Assembly: GCA_030141605.1 (NCBI GenBank)
Contig: JAQGDQ010001045.1
Coordinates: 1-64,000, forward strand
Length of the DNA stretch: 64,000 nt
Direction of reading: 5' to 3'
DNA from: Tubiluchus corallicola
Taxonomy: Eukaryota; Animalia; Priapulida
Shown here one piece after another: positions 25,224 through 38,400 of the stretch. The position numbers were made by a program, and so were the translations under genes. The first letter of the stretch is position 1. Each line of letters opens with the position of its first letter. A model generated the notes under the pieces. That model ran no database searches, was not told the origin of the DNA, and saw only the letters and a program-made list of their open reading frames with translations.

Positions 25224-28175
25224 AGCTACCCTCAAACATTTTTAAATAAAGAGATCAAACGTTGCAATTGTTTTTTTAATCGAATTATTACATGATGGTA
25301 TCAGTGGGGTAGCATGACTAGTTTTCCTTTAAATGAGTCTGCATCTCTAGAATTTTTACTCATTGAATTTGTAATCTCTTTCAAAACAAAAGCATAATTT
25401 TACTTTTAGTGAGCTGAAAGCTCGAGCGGATGCAAAATGCTCTAACTTAATAATAATAAATAAAAAACTGAAACTTCGTGAAGAGAAACACAATAACTGA
25501 GTTTAAGTAGCTGAAGTTGCAATATCACAAATCATTACACAATGAACAGCCAAATTTGCGAACAGTACCAAAAACGGGAAAAATAAATTTTCATCACTTC
25601 GTTCAAAAAAAACGACAATCACCTGACCGCTACAACAAACGTTTAAGCTAACCACCTTCTTTTATTAAAACTTTTCGCAATTAACACCAAACAAAACAAT
25701 AACTGGCAAAACGGCAGCTCAAAATAACCTTCCAGTTTCACATCCTTTTTACTTTTAGCAAACACCTGATGTGCACAAAAGATGTTCTTCTGTTGATTGT
25801 TGGTTTGTTCGCGATTTCAAGTTTCCTTCACGACTCCTACTTGTAAAGCTTTCAGATCTACGGACTGAGAGCCCAATGTAGAAAACAAAACTTGACAAAA
25901 CAAGAAAGAATTTCAAGGAATCATCAAATGAGATTGCCGAAAAGTGCTAAGCTAGAAGGGAATAGATGGCTATAAACACGAGGAAAAAACATAGACATAG
26001 ACATAGACATAGACTGCATTATTCTCCAATAATGTGTCAAAAATTTCATTTTACAAATTTAAAAAAAATTACATTATTCGTGGAGATGTGGTGAGGAAAG
26101 ATTGAAAAGAGTGAAATTAAACAAAAATAATAAAAGATAAACAAAATAAACTATTACAATCACATTAAAACGTCGCCAATTTTTGTCTCTTTCAGGATAA
26201 CAGTTGATCAATTTTATTTATTTCAGTGCAACAAAGCGAAAGGATGCCACCCATCATTAACTATAGTCTCGAACATTAATAAAAACGCCATGAGTAGAAC
26301 ACACTGCAAAAGGTGTAGGTCAATAATGAGAGGAGCACACGATTAGGAGTATGACTGCCAGTTGTATGCATAGCTGTAATTCTGAATTCACGCACTAATT
26401 ATTGATAACCTTGAAACTCAGATTATAAATAATTACTTACATGTAGAATGCAAGTCAAAATGCATGTAGGACAAAACACAAATCCTTGAGACTAAGTTTT
26501 CTGACGATTTTTAAAAAAAACGGTTACGATGCGCGTGAAGCGCAATACCTAGTTTCTCAAATCTTCCAAACGCCTGTCTTGATCATTAACAAGGGGAACT
26601 ACAACAGAGCACAAAGGGAATATTTAGTCAAGTTTCCTGCAGGGGTTTCAGTTTACGATTAAGACTTGCAAACAACATGAAGCATGTCACTGCAGTTTGC
26701 TTTTTGAAGAGTTAGATCACAGGAAAAGAAAGGAGGAGATCACTGAAGGCAGGGTTGTCGAACTTGTTACAAGGTTGATTCTGCCCTGTTTAAAATGCAA
26801 GGTACCAGACAAGGGTTCTGGGTTTAGAATCATCTCTAGCAGGGTGAGGATTAAATGTCAGCATCTACAAACTCTAGCGTAATCCGTAATGGTGAATGTT
26901 TGGTAAAGTTCGTGTTTCTGTATCACTTTTTTCCACGAGTGCTCTCTTCCTATTCTCTATGTTTTCTCTCGTCACTTTTGTTCTTACTCTTACTCTTGCT
27001 CTTTCCCGCTCTTACTCTTGTTCACTCACTCTCACTCACTTTCTCATTCTCTAACTCTCTCTCTTTCTCTCTGGCACACAGACTTTCAACTGTGCTTGAG
27101 ACTTAATCATGGAACTTCTACCTTTTTGCTTTGCCTTTTAATTTGACATTAATTTGACAGCTCAAGTAATTTAGTTCTCTCTATAACTTTGAATCTTCCG
27201 GCAAGAGAATGTTTTTAAATAAACAATTTCATTAGAAACGGAGTAATAAAAATGCCATTACATGTGCCTAAAGATGAGAGGATAAAGCTGTCGAAAATTC
27301 TGTGTTATTAAATGTTGTGAACGAGACATGTGACTCGTACTTTAATTTGTGAAATTGATCATTAAACAGTTTTGCATATTGCTTTTAATAACTGTTTTTA
27401 TTTGAATGCTTCCTGTGCGTACAGCATATATTTTTAACAGCTCCAGAATTAATCTTCATTCTCATAAAAATAATTTTGTCCTTTTTAAGCATCTGGGGCA
27501 TTAACAAACTACTAACCCACGTACGTGTGGTACTAGTATGTGTATGTGATAACTCATGTATTTACAGGAGACATCGTAATAAAAACATCTCTGCTGAATT
27601 ACGAGAACAAAAAAGACTCATTCACAGAAAAGTTCACGTTTGTTAACTGAACCAAATCGAAAAATCAAACTTAATTACGTAGTCACCTGAATCTCTTTAC
27701 CCAAGAGTTTTTTATTTCTGCCAGATGGCGCTCCGGCTTAGACTGCAGTATTAGTTAAGTGCATCTGATGCTGAAGGTACGTCTGTGTGTGTTAATCCCT
27801 ACCTTTTACTAGGCAGCATTAATAGGTAGTAAGTGGTGATTTGTCTTTACCAATATGGTAGCATGTGTTGAGACATTACCTACAAAAAATGATGATTACT
27901 ACAGCCATGATGATTTTATATCAGATAACACTGTACGTATGTTTGCATTTCTTCTTTTTTAACTTTGTGTGCTTCGTTGCAAATAATGCATTAGACAACG
28001 CTAAACATTCCCTTTCATTGTAAATACATGTTGTTGTGCTACTGCTTCATGTAAATAATTCACTAAACTGAGGTGTAGCTTATGCTTTTAAATCACGTTC
28101 TAAATAAACTATTTTATATTTATGTAAATAAACGAATCGGTAGTTATTTTTCAATTTTGACATTTTCCTATAAGC

Positions 28176-28761
28176 TGTTGTGTTTTGTTTCTCTCGAAAG
28201 GCTCGTGGAGAAAACCAGAAAACACTTCGTCAAATTAAACTAGTTTATTAAGCGATAATTCTACAACACAAAAGTATGAAGGAACACGAAATGATTACAC
28301 TAAACGTGAAAATCTGGAAAACGTTTGAGTGTATCTGAAAATACAGGTATACAAGAGAATGTGTGAGTGGCGTCCGTGTGAATCCGCGTGTCTCCCTCAG
28401 TGGCCTGCTTCGCCTTATATAGCGCGCCCGAGAAGCTTCTTGAAGTTCCTTCCCAGAACATTCTACACGGTAAGACGATTATTCTAACGTAACATTCTAC
28501 AGTGTTCTATTTAATTCTAATAGATGCCAGCGATCTCCACAACGTAAACTACGATCACACTTTGGGGCTCACTGTCGTAAGTGACTTTACACGTGCATAA
28601 ATAGGCAAAGCATTCCAGCACGCAAATTCGTGATAGATAATAAAGATAATAATAAGATAGATAATATAATTCGTGAAAAGATAGACAAAATCTTTACGAA
28701 GCTGTACAGTGTAGCTAAACACCAAATGTGATTAAATAAATTAGAGTTTTCACCAATAACA
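28176..28761 (-). mobile_element. Putative solo LTR
   Basis: TGTTG...TAACA ends; minus-strand TATATAAG followed ~170 nt later by AATAAA; TSD not clean. Confidence 0.35.
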
Positions 28762-29412
28762 TTAATCTTGCTTTATTTTTTTTACATTTTGTGTTTTACA
28801 TATTTCTCAATTTAGCACAAATTAAACAATTTAAATTTACATTGCGAAAAATTGCGATAACTCCCCCGTTTCCAGAAAGCAACAAGACTCGAATGAGTGC
28901 TGTAGATTGCCTTTCAGAACAATGCATTCAAACTTCATCGAAGACAAACTACGGTTTTACCAAATTTTGTTACATTCTTGATTGGATTATGTTTGGAAGG
29001 TATAATAGTCGTTCTTCCTTAAAACGCTCATCCGATGAGCTTGTGAGAAGAAGAGAATACTGGCTAAAATGGTAACAAGTGTGCACACTATCATGAAAGG
29101 ATTAAAGTTAACTTTTATTATAAATAATCATATGTTTTAATATCAATTATAGGTGACTAAAATTTAAATTAATTAAAAAATTATGCTATGCTATGCTATG
29201 TTATGGTATTTTACACATGCATGAAATATGCAATACTTTCTAAAGCAAAAATACAGTTTACTAATGTAACCGCATTGTGACACAGTTTTCTGCAATTGAT
29301 TTGCTTAAAATTACAATGTTTAAGTTTAGCTTTCTTTCTGAAAATATTACTTTCTAAAAAAAAATCCCATCAACATTCACATGGCAAAATTTCCTCTGAA
29401 GTCTTGCCGTAG

Positions 29413-30032
29413 TTAAGCAGGGCATGTTTGAGAAATAGGGCCCTCTTGTCTTGTAGCTAAAGCTGATATAAGCGAAAAAATCTTTGTTGATGATGGTGTT
29501 ATCTTTACTTTAGGCAAATGTGAGTAAATCCACGAATAAGAACAAGCCACATTCTCGTATACAGCGTAGTTACTGTTGCTAGGGCAACCAGCCTTTCCGC
29601 CTTGCACTACACCAATCAGCGTCCACTTTCCATTTTGCACCTGAGCAAATGGCCCTCCTGAGTCACCGTAGCAAGCATTCGAGTAAGGGCCTTTTGACTT
29701 GCCTGCACATATCTGGTGTGATCGCACAGGACTGCCTTCACCTTCACACTTGCTTTTATCCACTACTGAAATCTCCAGATATTGAAGAACATCAGCTTGA
29801 GCTCCTCCAAAAGTCTTGTCTGACTCCGTCTGTCCCCATCCAGTAACAGCAGCTAGGCTAGGAATGGCTGGGCCAGACTGCGCCATGGGAATTACCCGAA
29901 CATGGTTTGTGAGGGCAGCACTGGAGCTTAACTGCAAGATCGCAACATCCACATCCCTATCAGGATGTTTTATAAACTCTTTAACTGCTATATGTTGCTC
30001 CGTTGGGTCTGGGATGGAAAGTGTATGTTCAC
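29413..30032 (-). CDS. Chymotrypsin-family (S1) serine protease, intact 3' exon
   Basis: tttacag|GT GAA CAT (GEHTLS); DVAIL (catalytic Asp), VTGWG, NACYGDSGGP (catalytic Ser); open to stop. Confidence 0.85.
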
Positions 30033-30497
30033 CTGTAAATATTTTAACTTTTTAACGTTGTTTTTTAGAAAAAAATTATGTAATCACGTTTCTTTGATAA
30101 AAACTTTCAGGCTAAAACACCTTTGAAACTGTTTTTTGCAATTTAACAATAAAGCTACTTTTAAAAACATAATGAAGGAAGTTGTTAAAAATTTTAGTGA
30201 TACTTTAACTTCTGATTTGATAACATATCTATTTTGCTTTTTGAACATCATTTCTTGAAAAATGTTATATGACTACGAGTCATTTTATTGGAAAAACTAA
30301 CAAAATTGAAACTCAACTTGAGAGGTGAAAATCTTTGAATAATTAGAAAAATTCACTCATAAAAACTATATTTCCAACATTTCAAACCCTAGGTTAGCTA
30401 TTAATAGCTATTTTACGCAAATGGCATCAAATTAGGTCCTGCTTTCTGTTTTATGTTGATGTACCTGGATTTCTATCTAGTAGAAATAACGAAATAC

Positions 30498-30798
30498 ACT
30501 ACACCATTATGCCTGTTGCCGAACTACTTTATTTACAATGCGGTCTCACGCATTAATACATAACACTTTCTTTTAAAACCTCTCTGACGTGTTGGATTTA
30601 CTAAATCCCCTTAAAGACCCTTTTACATGCATCTGGTTTTGTCAAAAATATAGACATCTTGTACAATAGTTCAGGTATCCCGTCTGCAACAGTATACAGA
30701 ATATTCTAGATGGTCAAGATGGCGTCTGCACGCATCATACGTGCCACTGACCAGCGACCGCCGTCCAAACACATTCTGTTGCTACGCAGCATCTTTAT
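30498..30798 (-). pseudogene. Decayed upstream exon of the serine protease (His57 region)
   Basis: Reads ...CVRPHCK*SSSATGIMV* into a phase-1 donor matching GEH; upstream ELLYKMSIF...ACK/GSL needs frameshifts. Confidence 0.45.
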
Positions 30799-31728
30799 CT
30801 GTAATTATGTGTACAGTGTACAAATCCTTAACAGTAAAGGGAAGCTGCGTTAAATAATGATTTTGATTAAATTGGCGATTAAATTATTAAATTAATAACT
30901 CAAGATCAAATGCTTGACAAGAAGCCTAGTTAGGTGTGGTATCACGTGACCAGCCGATCTTCGACCGACTGACTCATGATGATGAAACCCTTATGCGCAG
31001 AAGCTCACGGCGCATTAGAGAATTTGTCAAAAGTGTTTGATGCCCGCACCTCGAGGTAGATGAGGAAATGACTTGAAGACGGAGGGCTGGCATTACTATC
31101 CTCTTATATTTACCGTGTTGTGTTTGATATTTAATAAATGTGTTGCTCCTTAAATCAAGTATTGATAGATCTTACTGTTTTTCATTGAGTTATTTATTTT
31201 TATTCTTATTTATTTATTAAGGTTTGCTATAGCAATATCTTACTGTTTTTCATTGAGTCATTTATTTTTATTCTTATTTATTCTCCACCACTTTAACGCT
31301 TAGACTTTTGCTAGCATGGAGGTCACCAGACACTAAAAAATGCGTCTCTTTCGATGTTAAGTTCTTGGTACGACGTGTGCCACAGTGGGGAAACTTTTCC
31401 TTACATGTGTTGCGCCGATTGTATGATGCAATAACAACACGGATTGTAAACTACATGTAAAAGAATTTTGTTTAAAGGAATGTCCATGAAAAAATGCTAG
31501 CATGTATTAATAATAAGCACCTTGTGCAATTAGTGAAAATCACTATAAATTCACTTGAACACTCTCGGCACACCTCATGGGCTCACAGGGCAGTTGCCCC
31601 ACGAGCACAGGGTTAATCATAAATTTCTTCAAGGCATGTTATATTGGTTCAAATGTTTGTGCTGATTAATCCTTGCTGTACAGCATTTTTTAAATGTTTA
31701 AACACTGATACTACTGGAAGTACCAATG

Positions 31729-32097
31729 CAGTGTTCCCTCACTTATCGCGGGTGTTCTGTTCGAGGCCTACCCGCGATAAGTGAATTTCCGTAAAGTAGG
31801 GACGTTAAATTCATCCGCCGAATAAATACATGATTTACTGTAAATGGTAATTTTTATGATTTATAATATTCTTTTGATGTTATAATTAATACTTTTAATA
31901 TAATTTTGTACATTTTGTAATTTTTTTATGCAAAATTCATCAAAGCTATACATTACTGTATAATACGTACTACGCATGTGCAAAAATACTGTAGACGAAG
32001 TACCGCAAAAACCCGCGATAAATATTTTACATTAATATTCTTTGAAAACCCGCGAAACAGCGACAGACGAAAACCGCAAAGTAGCGAGGGAACACTG
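31729..32097. mobile_element. Tc1/pogo (Tigger-like) MITE
   Basis: CAGTGTTCCCTC ... GAGGGAACACTG|TA. Confidence 0.75.
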
Positions 32098-32872
32098 TAC
32101 AACAAATACACACTGTGTTTAATTTTGTCGACCGTTTACATTTTTAGCTCTGAGTAGTTATTTAGGTAGGGGTCCAAGTATTGCCTGTGGCCTATAATGC
32201 TGTTAAGATGACCCAGGGCACCCCTTTTGAATGCCGGTTTTCCAAAAATGATGTCGTTCATTGTCCAAAAAGAGCACACTGTCAATTTTCATCAAAAGTA
32301 AAGCTTTAGGGATATTTTTGCATGTACATTGGTCAAGTTGTAGAAGTTTGTTTAAGCTGCATACTTACAGAAAGCTGCAAAGTCTGTAAATATTTTATTT
32401 ATTTTCAATAAAAAATTGATCATCATCGTCTATTAATTACGTCATAATTTTCAAGTGAATGGCAGCTACCACAGAGCCTGAAAATTTCTATATACTCATA
32501 GTATAAATTAACTTTATGCCTTAAAGACAGCTTTTTTGCAAACTTTTTGTTATATTTTCTGAATTTAAGTGACAACAGGAAAATAAATCCAACCTACTAC
32601 AAATGACTTGTCCTTTCTTTCAACTGTGACAGTAGCATTCATTATTTCAACCATGAACCCCAAATGAAATTTCGCAGTCGGAAGAATTTCAATAATTGTC
32701 GTATATTATTACACCAATTCTACGGCCAACAAGGATGCGAATGAATTTTACGCAGAAGGAAGCGAAATCGTATTTTATAACTAAAATGTTAACCAAGTTC
32801 ACTCCGTATTTGCAAAAATACAGCCATTCCTGGTTTGGTAATTATTACAAGATGTACTTATACAGAATAGGA

Positions 32873-33445
32873 CAGGGGTGTGCAAAGTGGGGCCCCCGCG
32901 GAGAGATTTGTCAACCTAATGAATTTTGTATTTTGCCGGCGATCAATTTGTAAGTAGCCAGCAAGCTGAAAAAGTGTGGTCACCCCTGATTTAGGGGTGA
33001 TTCCCAGATTTTAGTTTGAGCTTAGGCTCAGTAGTACACGCCTCAATCAGTGGCTATTTCATCGTCTCATCAGATGTAGTGTTCTTATAGATCAGAATCA
33101 TGGATAAGAAAAAGAGGAAGATTGAAGAAGAACAGCGGGTCAAGACATTAATATGCGCTGTACTACACAGACTGTGTGATACACATTACTAATATGCATT
33201 GTAATGAAATTACCACTATCTGTCGTGAAAGTAGAAATATATGGTTTTTAATATAAATTTTAATAACTTCTAAAATAGTTTCTTGATTGTAGTAGTGCAG
33301 CAGTAATGATGAGCGCAAATCGCATGCAAAAAATCATTATTAAGTCCTACTGTACTTGACTCCTTGATCAAACTGCACGTGGCCCACAGGAATTGCGGGA
33401 ATGTTTAATGTGGCCTGGCTAGTCAAGATAATTTGCACACCCCTG
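32873..33445. mobile_element. hAT (Charlie/Buster-type) MITE, copy 1
   Basis: TIR CAGGGGTGTGCAAA; 8-bp TSD gaatagga/gcatagga (NNNTANNN). Confidence 0.85.
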
Positions 33446-33889
33446 GCATAGGACATATAGGCCAGCAGGACACATTTAATAGTGAGCAACAACTGTCTGT
33501 AAGATGAGTAAGAAAACGAAAATCACATGAAAGAAAATTTACTACCGAAATACATGGGCAAAAAATGAAACTTTCAACATAGACACAGAGCCGAAAATAT
33601 GCTCATGAGCTTCAAATTCATCGTTAGGTAGTTTGCAAGTCAAAACTCAAACAACAAGTAATGCGCTCAAGTCAATCAAAGTTAAGTTAGAACCAAATCA
33701 AGATACTAGCTATATACAATGGTTTTAAGCAATTATTTGAAAGGGAACAAAGCGGAATTTTGAAGTGCCTTAAAATACTTTCCATGCAAAGTTGATGTGC
33801 TTAGCATAACGCTTATGTGTTTGAAAGACTTACATAACTGGAAAAAAATGCTAAATAATATTAAATGTTTGCACCACCTGGTAATATGT

Positions 33890-34760
33890 CACTGTTTCAC
33901 TATCTCAGAGTGCATCACTGATTCACCATCCCAGTGTGCATCACTGATTCACCATCCCAGTGTGCATCACTGATTCACCATCCCAGTGTGCATCACTGTC
34001 TCACCATCCCAGAGTGCATCACTGATTGACCATCCCAGTGTGCATCACTGATTGACCATCCCAGTGTGCATCACTGATTCACCATCCCAGTGTGCATCAC
34101 TGTCTCACCATCCCAGAGTGCACCACTGATTCACCATCCCAGTGTGCATCACTGATTGACCATCCCAGTGTGCATCACTGTCTCACCATCCCAGAGTGCA
34201 CCACTGATTCACCATCCCAGTGTGCATCACTGATTCACCGTCCCAGTGTGCACCACTGATTCACCATCCCAGTGTGCACCACTGATTCACCATCCCAGTG
34301 TGCATCACTGATTCACCATCCCAGAGTGCACCACTGATTCACCATCCCAGTGTGCATCACTGATTGACCATCCCAGTGTGCACCACTGATTCACCATCCC
34401 AGAGTGCACCACTGATTTACCATCCCAGAGTGCACCACTGATTCACCATCCCAGTGTGCATCACTGATTCACCATCCCAGAGTGCACCACTGATTGACCG
34501 TCCCAGTGTGCACCACTGATTCACCATCCCAGAGTGCACCACTGATTCACCATCCCAGTGTGCATCACTGATTCACCATCCCAGTGTGCATCACTGATTC
34601 ACCATCCCAGTGTGCATCACTGATTGACCATCCCAGTGTGCATCACTGATTCACCATCCCAGTGTTCATCACTGATTCACCATTCCAGTGTGCATCACTG
34701 ATTCACCATCCCAGGGTGCATCACTGATTCACCATCCCAGTGTGCATCACTGATTCACCA
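33890..34760. repeat. 26-bp minisatellite, ~33 copies, inside a dispersed repeat
   Basis: CACTGATTCACCATCCCAGTGTGCAT. Confidence 0.97.
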
Positions 34761-35424
34761 AATAACACATTATTGATCTCACAGACAATATAAAGTAATT
34801 TACACTTTTTAAGCTGGTCAGCAAACAGAGTTCTACCAATGCTCTGATTATTTTCTTCGAGGTCTAAACAATTTCATGTAAACTTGTATTAAACGGCTTA
34901 TCATAAAATGGTGTGCGTAACACAGGAGTTTAAATTCCACATTGCGCACAGAGTTGCAGCTAATGCAAGTTCTCTATGCAACAAGGCAGCACGTAAGTGA
35001 TACAAAATTTCGCGACGAATTTTTGAAGCTTCACATAAGAAAGGCGTTTTAAAACTATGGGGAAACACACTGTTACTATTTTCACAAAAATCTCTCGATT
35101 CTCTAACATAATTAACAGCGAAAGTGAAGAAAATTGTTAATAAACACTAAGTCTTTGTCTTTTTTTAAGCGCGTAAGTGATATACAATTTCACGACGAAT
35201 TTTTGAAGCTTCACGTAAGAAAGGTGTTTTCTTGTGCTTTAAAACTATGGGTAAACAAAGTGTTACTATTGTCACAAAAATCTCTTGCTTCTCTAACATA
35301 ATTAACAGCGAAAGTGAAGAGAACTGCTATTAAACACGAAGTCTTTGTCTTTTTTTATAAAAATACATTGCTGGTGCAAAAGAATTAAGCTTTTCCGGAA
35401 TTTTCTAACAAGATTGGCTTCATT

Positions 35425-38400
35425 CTACAACATGTCATCTAAACACAAGCTATTGGGAAAATTTGCCTTAATTTGACCTATGAACAGTGATTGCAACCGA
35501 GGTATACATTTTGCTTTAGGATTATTTTTACCGAAATATTCCAAAGCTTCATCGAACGCTAGTTTTACGTCAGCGAACATGTCTTCAGGTGTGCCGTACT
35601 GTTGTGCTTCGAGAGTTTTTTGGACGTAGCTCAGCGTCATTCTCTGCGCGTCGTCTGCAAAGAAGTCGGCGTGCGTTTTTTCGTTGATTCTTACCAGCGA
35701 CGCACAGGCTCTGCTGCAAACGATCTTATTCAACATGGCTTCGCACACGGTTTGCCGTTCCGGAGTCATGTTGGGTTTCTCCTTTTGTTGTTTTCGCGTG
35801 CCTCCATCTTTGTTGGTTATGCGCTTAAACCGCGTGCTTGAAGACACTGTGGCGAACGATCTTTCCTCATTTTTGTGCGCGTCTCTAATGTTGTCGGACC
35901 TGGTAATTCTCCGGCTCTTTGTGTCGGACTTCACAGTACCACCTTTCGTCCTCCTCTTGGGCAGTACGATGATTTTACCTTCCCAACTGGCCGCGGACGA
36001 ATCTGAATCGTCGCTACTCTCATCTTCGCTAGATTCTGACGACTCCTCTACTTTGCGGACGCAATTCGCCCTTTTGCGCTTCCGTCGCTTAACTCCGGCC
36101 AGGCAATCGCCACATTTCCACCGATATCGCGGGGTGTTCCGCAGTGGAGGATCGTGGCATTCCTTGTGGTAAGCAGACGGACAGGTAGAACAGTAAATGA
36201 GATCACTATCCTCTTGACATACCCAGCATTCTTCGTCGTGTTCAATCTCGTCACGTTCCTCGTCATCCGACTCACTCAGTTCCTTATATGAAGCAGCCTT
36301 CCTCGTACTTATCCGCTGACCAACCGGAACGCATGCCGGACACAACCAGTCTCCTCTTGGAACAGAACGTAACGCTGGTCGCAAGCAGTACATGTGATAA
36401 GGCATATTGCACTCGTCACATAACAGTAATTTGTCGTCGTCTGTCTTCTTGCGACAAATTTTACATTTTGCGTGCTCCGCAGACTTTTCCCATTTTACGG
36501 AAGCATCCAGAATTCCCAACAGCACGTGAAGTCGAGACAAAGTGAGACTGTTTTCAACTTCTTCGCGCCATTTGATAGTTTCTTTTGATTCCATTTCTAC
36601 CGCATCTTTCACTTCCTCGGTTTTAGCATCTACCGTTTCATTCTCAATTTGTTGTGGTTTAACCTTTTTCTTCTGCATCACTCCGCAAAGAAACTTCTGG
36701 GACACATGTTTTTGAACTTCTATCAAAAGTGGCGCCAGATCTTTCACAGAGTTGCTGGACAAAAGTTGTACTTCCCACAGTTGAAAATTTGGTACCCCTC
36801 CGAGCCCGCCATTCCGCAGCCTCATCTCAGTATCTGTCAATTCTTGCTTGAAGGCACCCAGCATTTCTTTATCTCCATCGGAATCTCTCAAAGCAGTAGG
36901 CGCCCGTTTGCCTAAGTTCAGAACACGCACGAGCTCTCCGTACTGCTTTTTCAACTCATTCTTCAAGCGACTCTCTCGCACACCTTGATCTGACAGACTG
37001 GACTGCAGAGCATCCACTTCTTTCACAGTGTCATAATAAAACCATAAGTTCTGTCCGGAAGTCGGAAAGGTGGTTTCCTCAGCTTCCGGTAAAACCTTCA
37101 CCGCATCATCATCGTTGCTTACGAATTTGTTAAACACGTTGTATTGTATATATGGTTGTACCCAGCCTTTTTCAACGTAAAGTCCAGGCATTGTCATACT
37201 GAAAAGCCAGTACCGATGATGATTACGGTCACTACCCAAAGGTCTTCTTCTCATCACAGCCTTTGCTTGTGCTACGGTGTCTTCAAAACTCTTCTTAGAC
37301 TGCAGTTCCCGCTTCTTTATCCGCAACTCCTCTTGCTCCCTTTCTCTTCGTTCTCTATCTAACTTCTCTTGTTTCGCCTTTTCTTCTTTCTGTTTCGTTG
37401 TTAAAATTCGCCTTCTTTTAACCACGGAGGCGAGATCGCTAGGCTCCGGAATATCTTCCGGATCCACTTTTTCGCCATCTTTATTCCCATAAAATTGTTC
37501 AATAGTTGTCTTCCTGGTAGCACTTTCAGAATCAGCAACTCCTGCCTTTTTAGTGTTGTCATCAGTGCCAGCTTCGGTTACAATGTTATCAGCGCCAACA
37601 GTTTCCGGCAAGTTTTCCGGATTGGATTCCTTTATTTCTTTTGTTTGCTTTTTTGCCTTAATTTCGTCATTCCTCTGTTTTTGTTCTTTCAGCTTTTCTT
37701 TCCACGCCACGTGAGCGTCGCGTCGTTTCTCGTCTATGTAGTCCAGTAGCGAACAAGACGACATGATACGGTGGCAGAGACCGACAAAAATGTGCACCTT
37801 CTCTCCCGGGTCTAGCTGATAAAATTCCGTGAATTCCAACTTCTCCATCAAACCGTCGAGTAGCCTATCGTTGTCTTCATCTTCCTCGTAATCGTCGGAA
37901 TCGTCGTCGGCGTTGTCGCGCTTTCTCAGGCAAAGTCTGGTAAGCTCAGACGCGCTGCACAAATTCAACGGTATCGCGGACAACGGCAATTTCAGTTCTT
38001 TATAACTATCGGCAATTTTGTCTTGTAGCAGCGTCTGCAGTAGGATGACCAAAACTCGCGACAAGTAAGAGAATCCCTGACTTCCTGCCACCAGGGCATT
38101 CATCAGCGTCTCCGAGTGAATAGGATACGGATCGTCAGGCATCAGCAAGCCACTGTAACAAGCGAGAAATTCGGTTACCATAGCAATGTCTCCAAACAAC
38201 TCGTTTGGTAAACCCTCCGGGGTCGAGACCAGCTTTGGAGGTGGAATGCTTGTGAGATTTTTTAAGTCTTTATCCTCTACTTTCTTGTTTAGTAAAATCT
38301 GCTTTTCTCTGGTTTGCTGCGCCCGCTCTTTCGCTTTAATTCGCAGATACGCTTTCTTCTCTTCCGGGTTCATTTTCTTTAGTTTTTCCAGCTCGCGTAT

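Larger units (their letters stand above)
23909..25622 (-). other. Probable 5'UTR intron of STK38
   Basis: Minus-strand acceptor ttttgttttccag| 43 nt before the ATG is clear; donor cag|gtgatt at ~25622 is a best guess. Confidence 0.45.
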
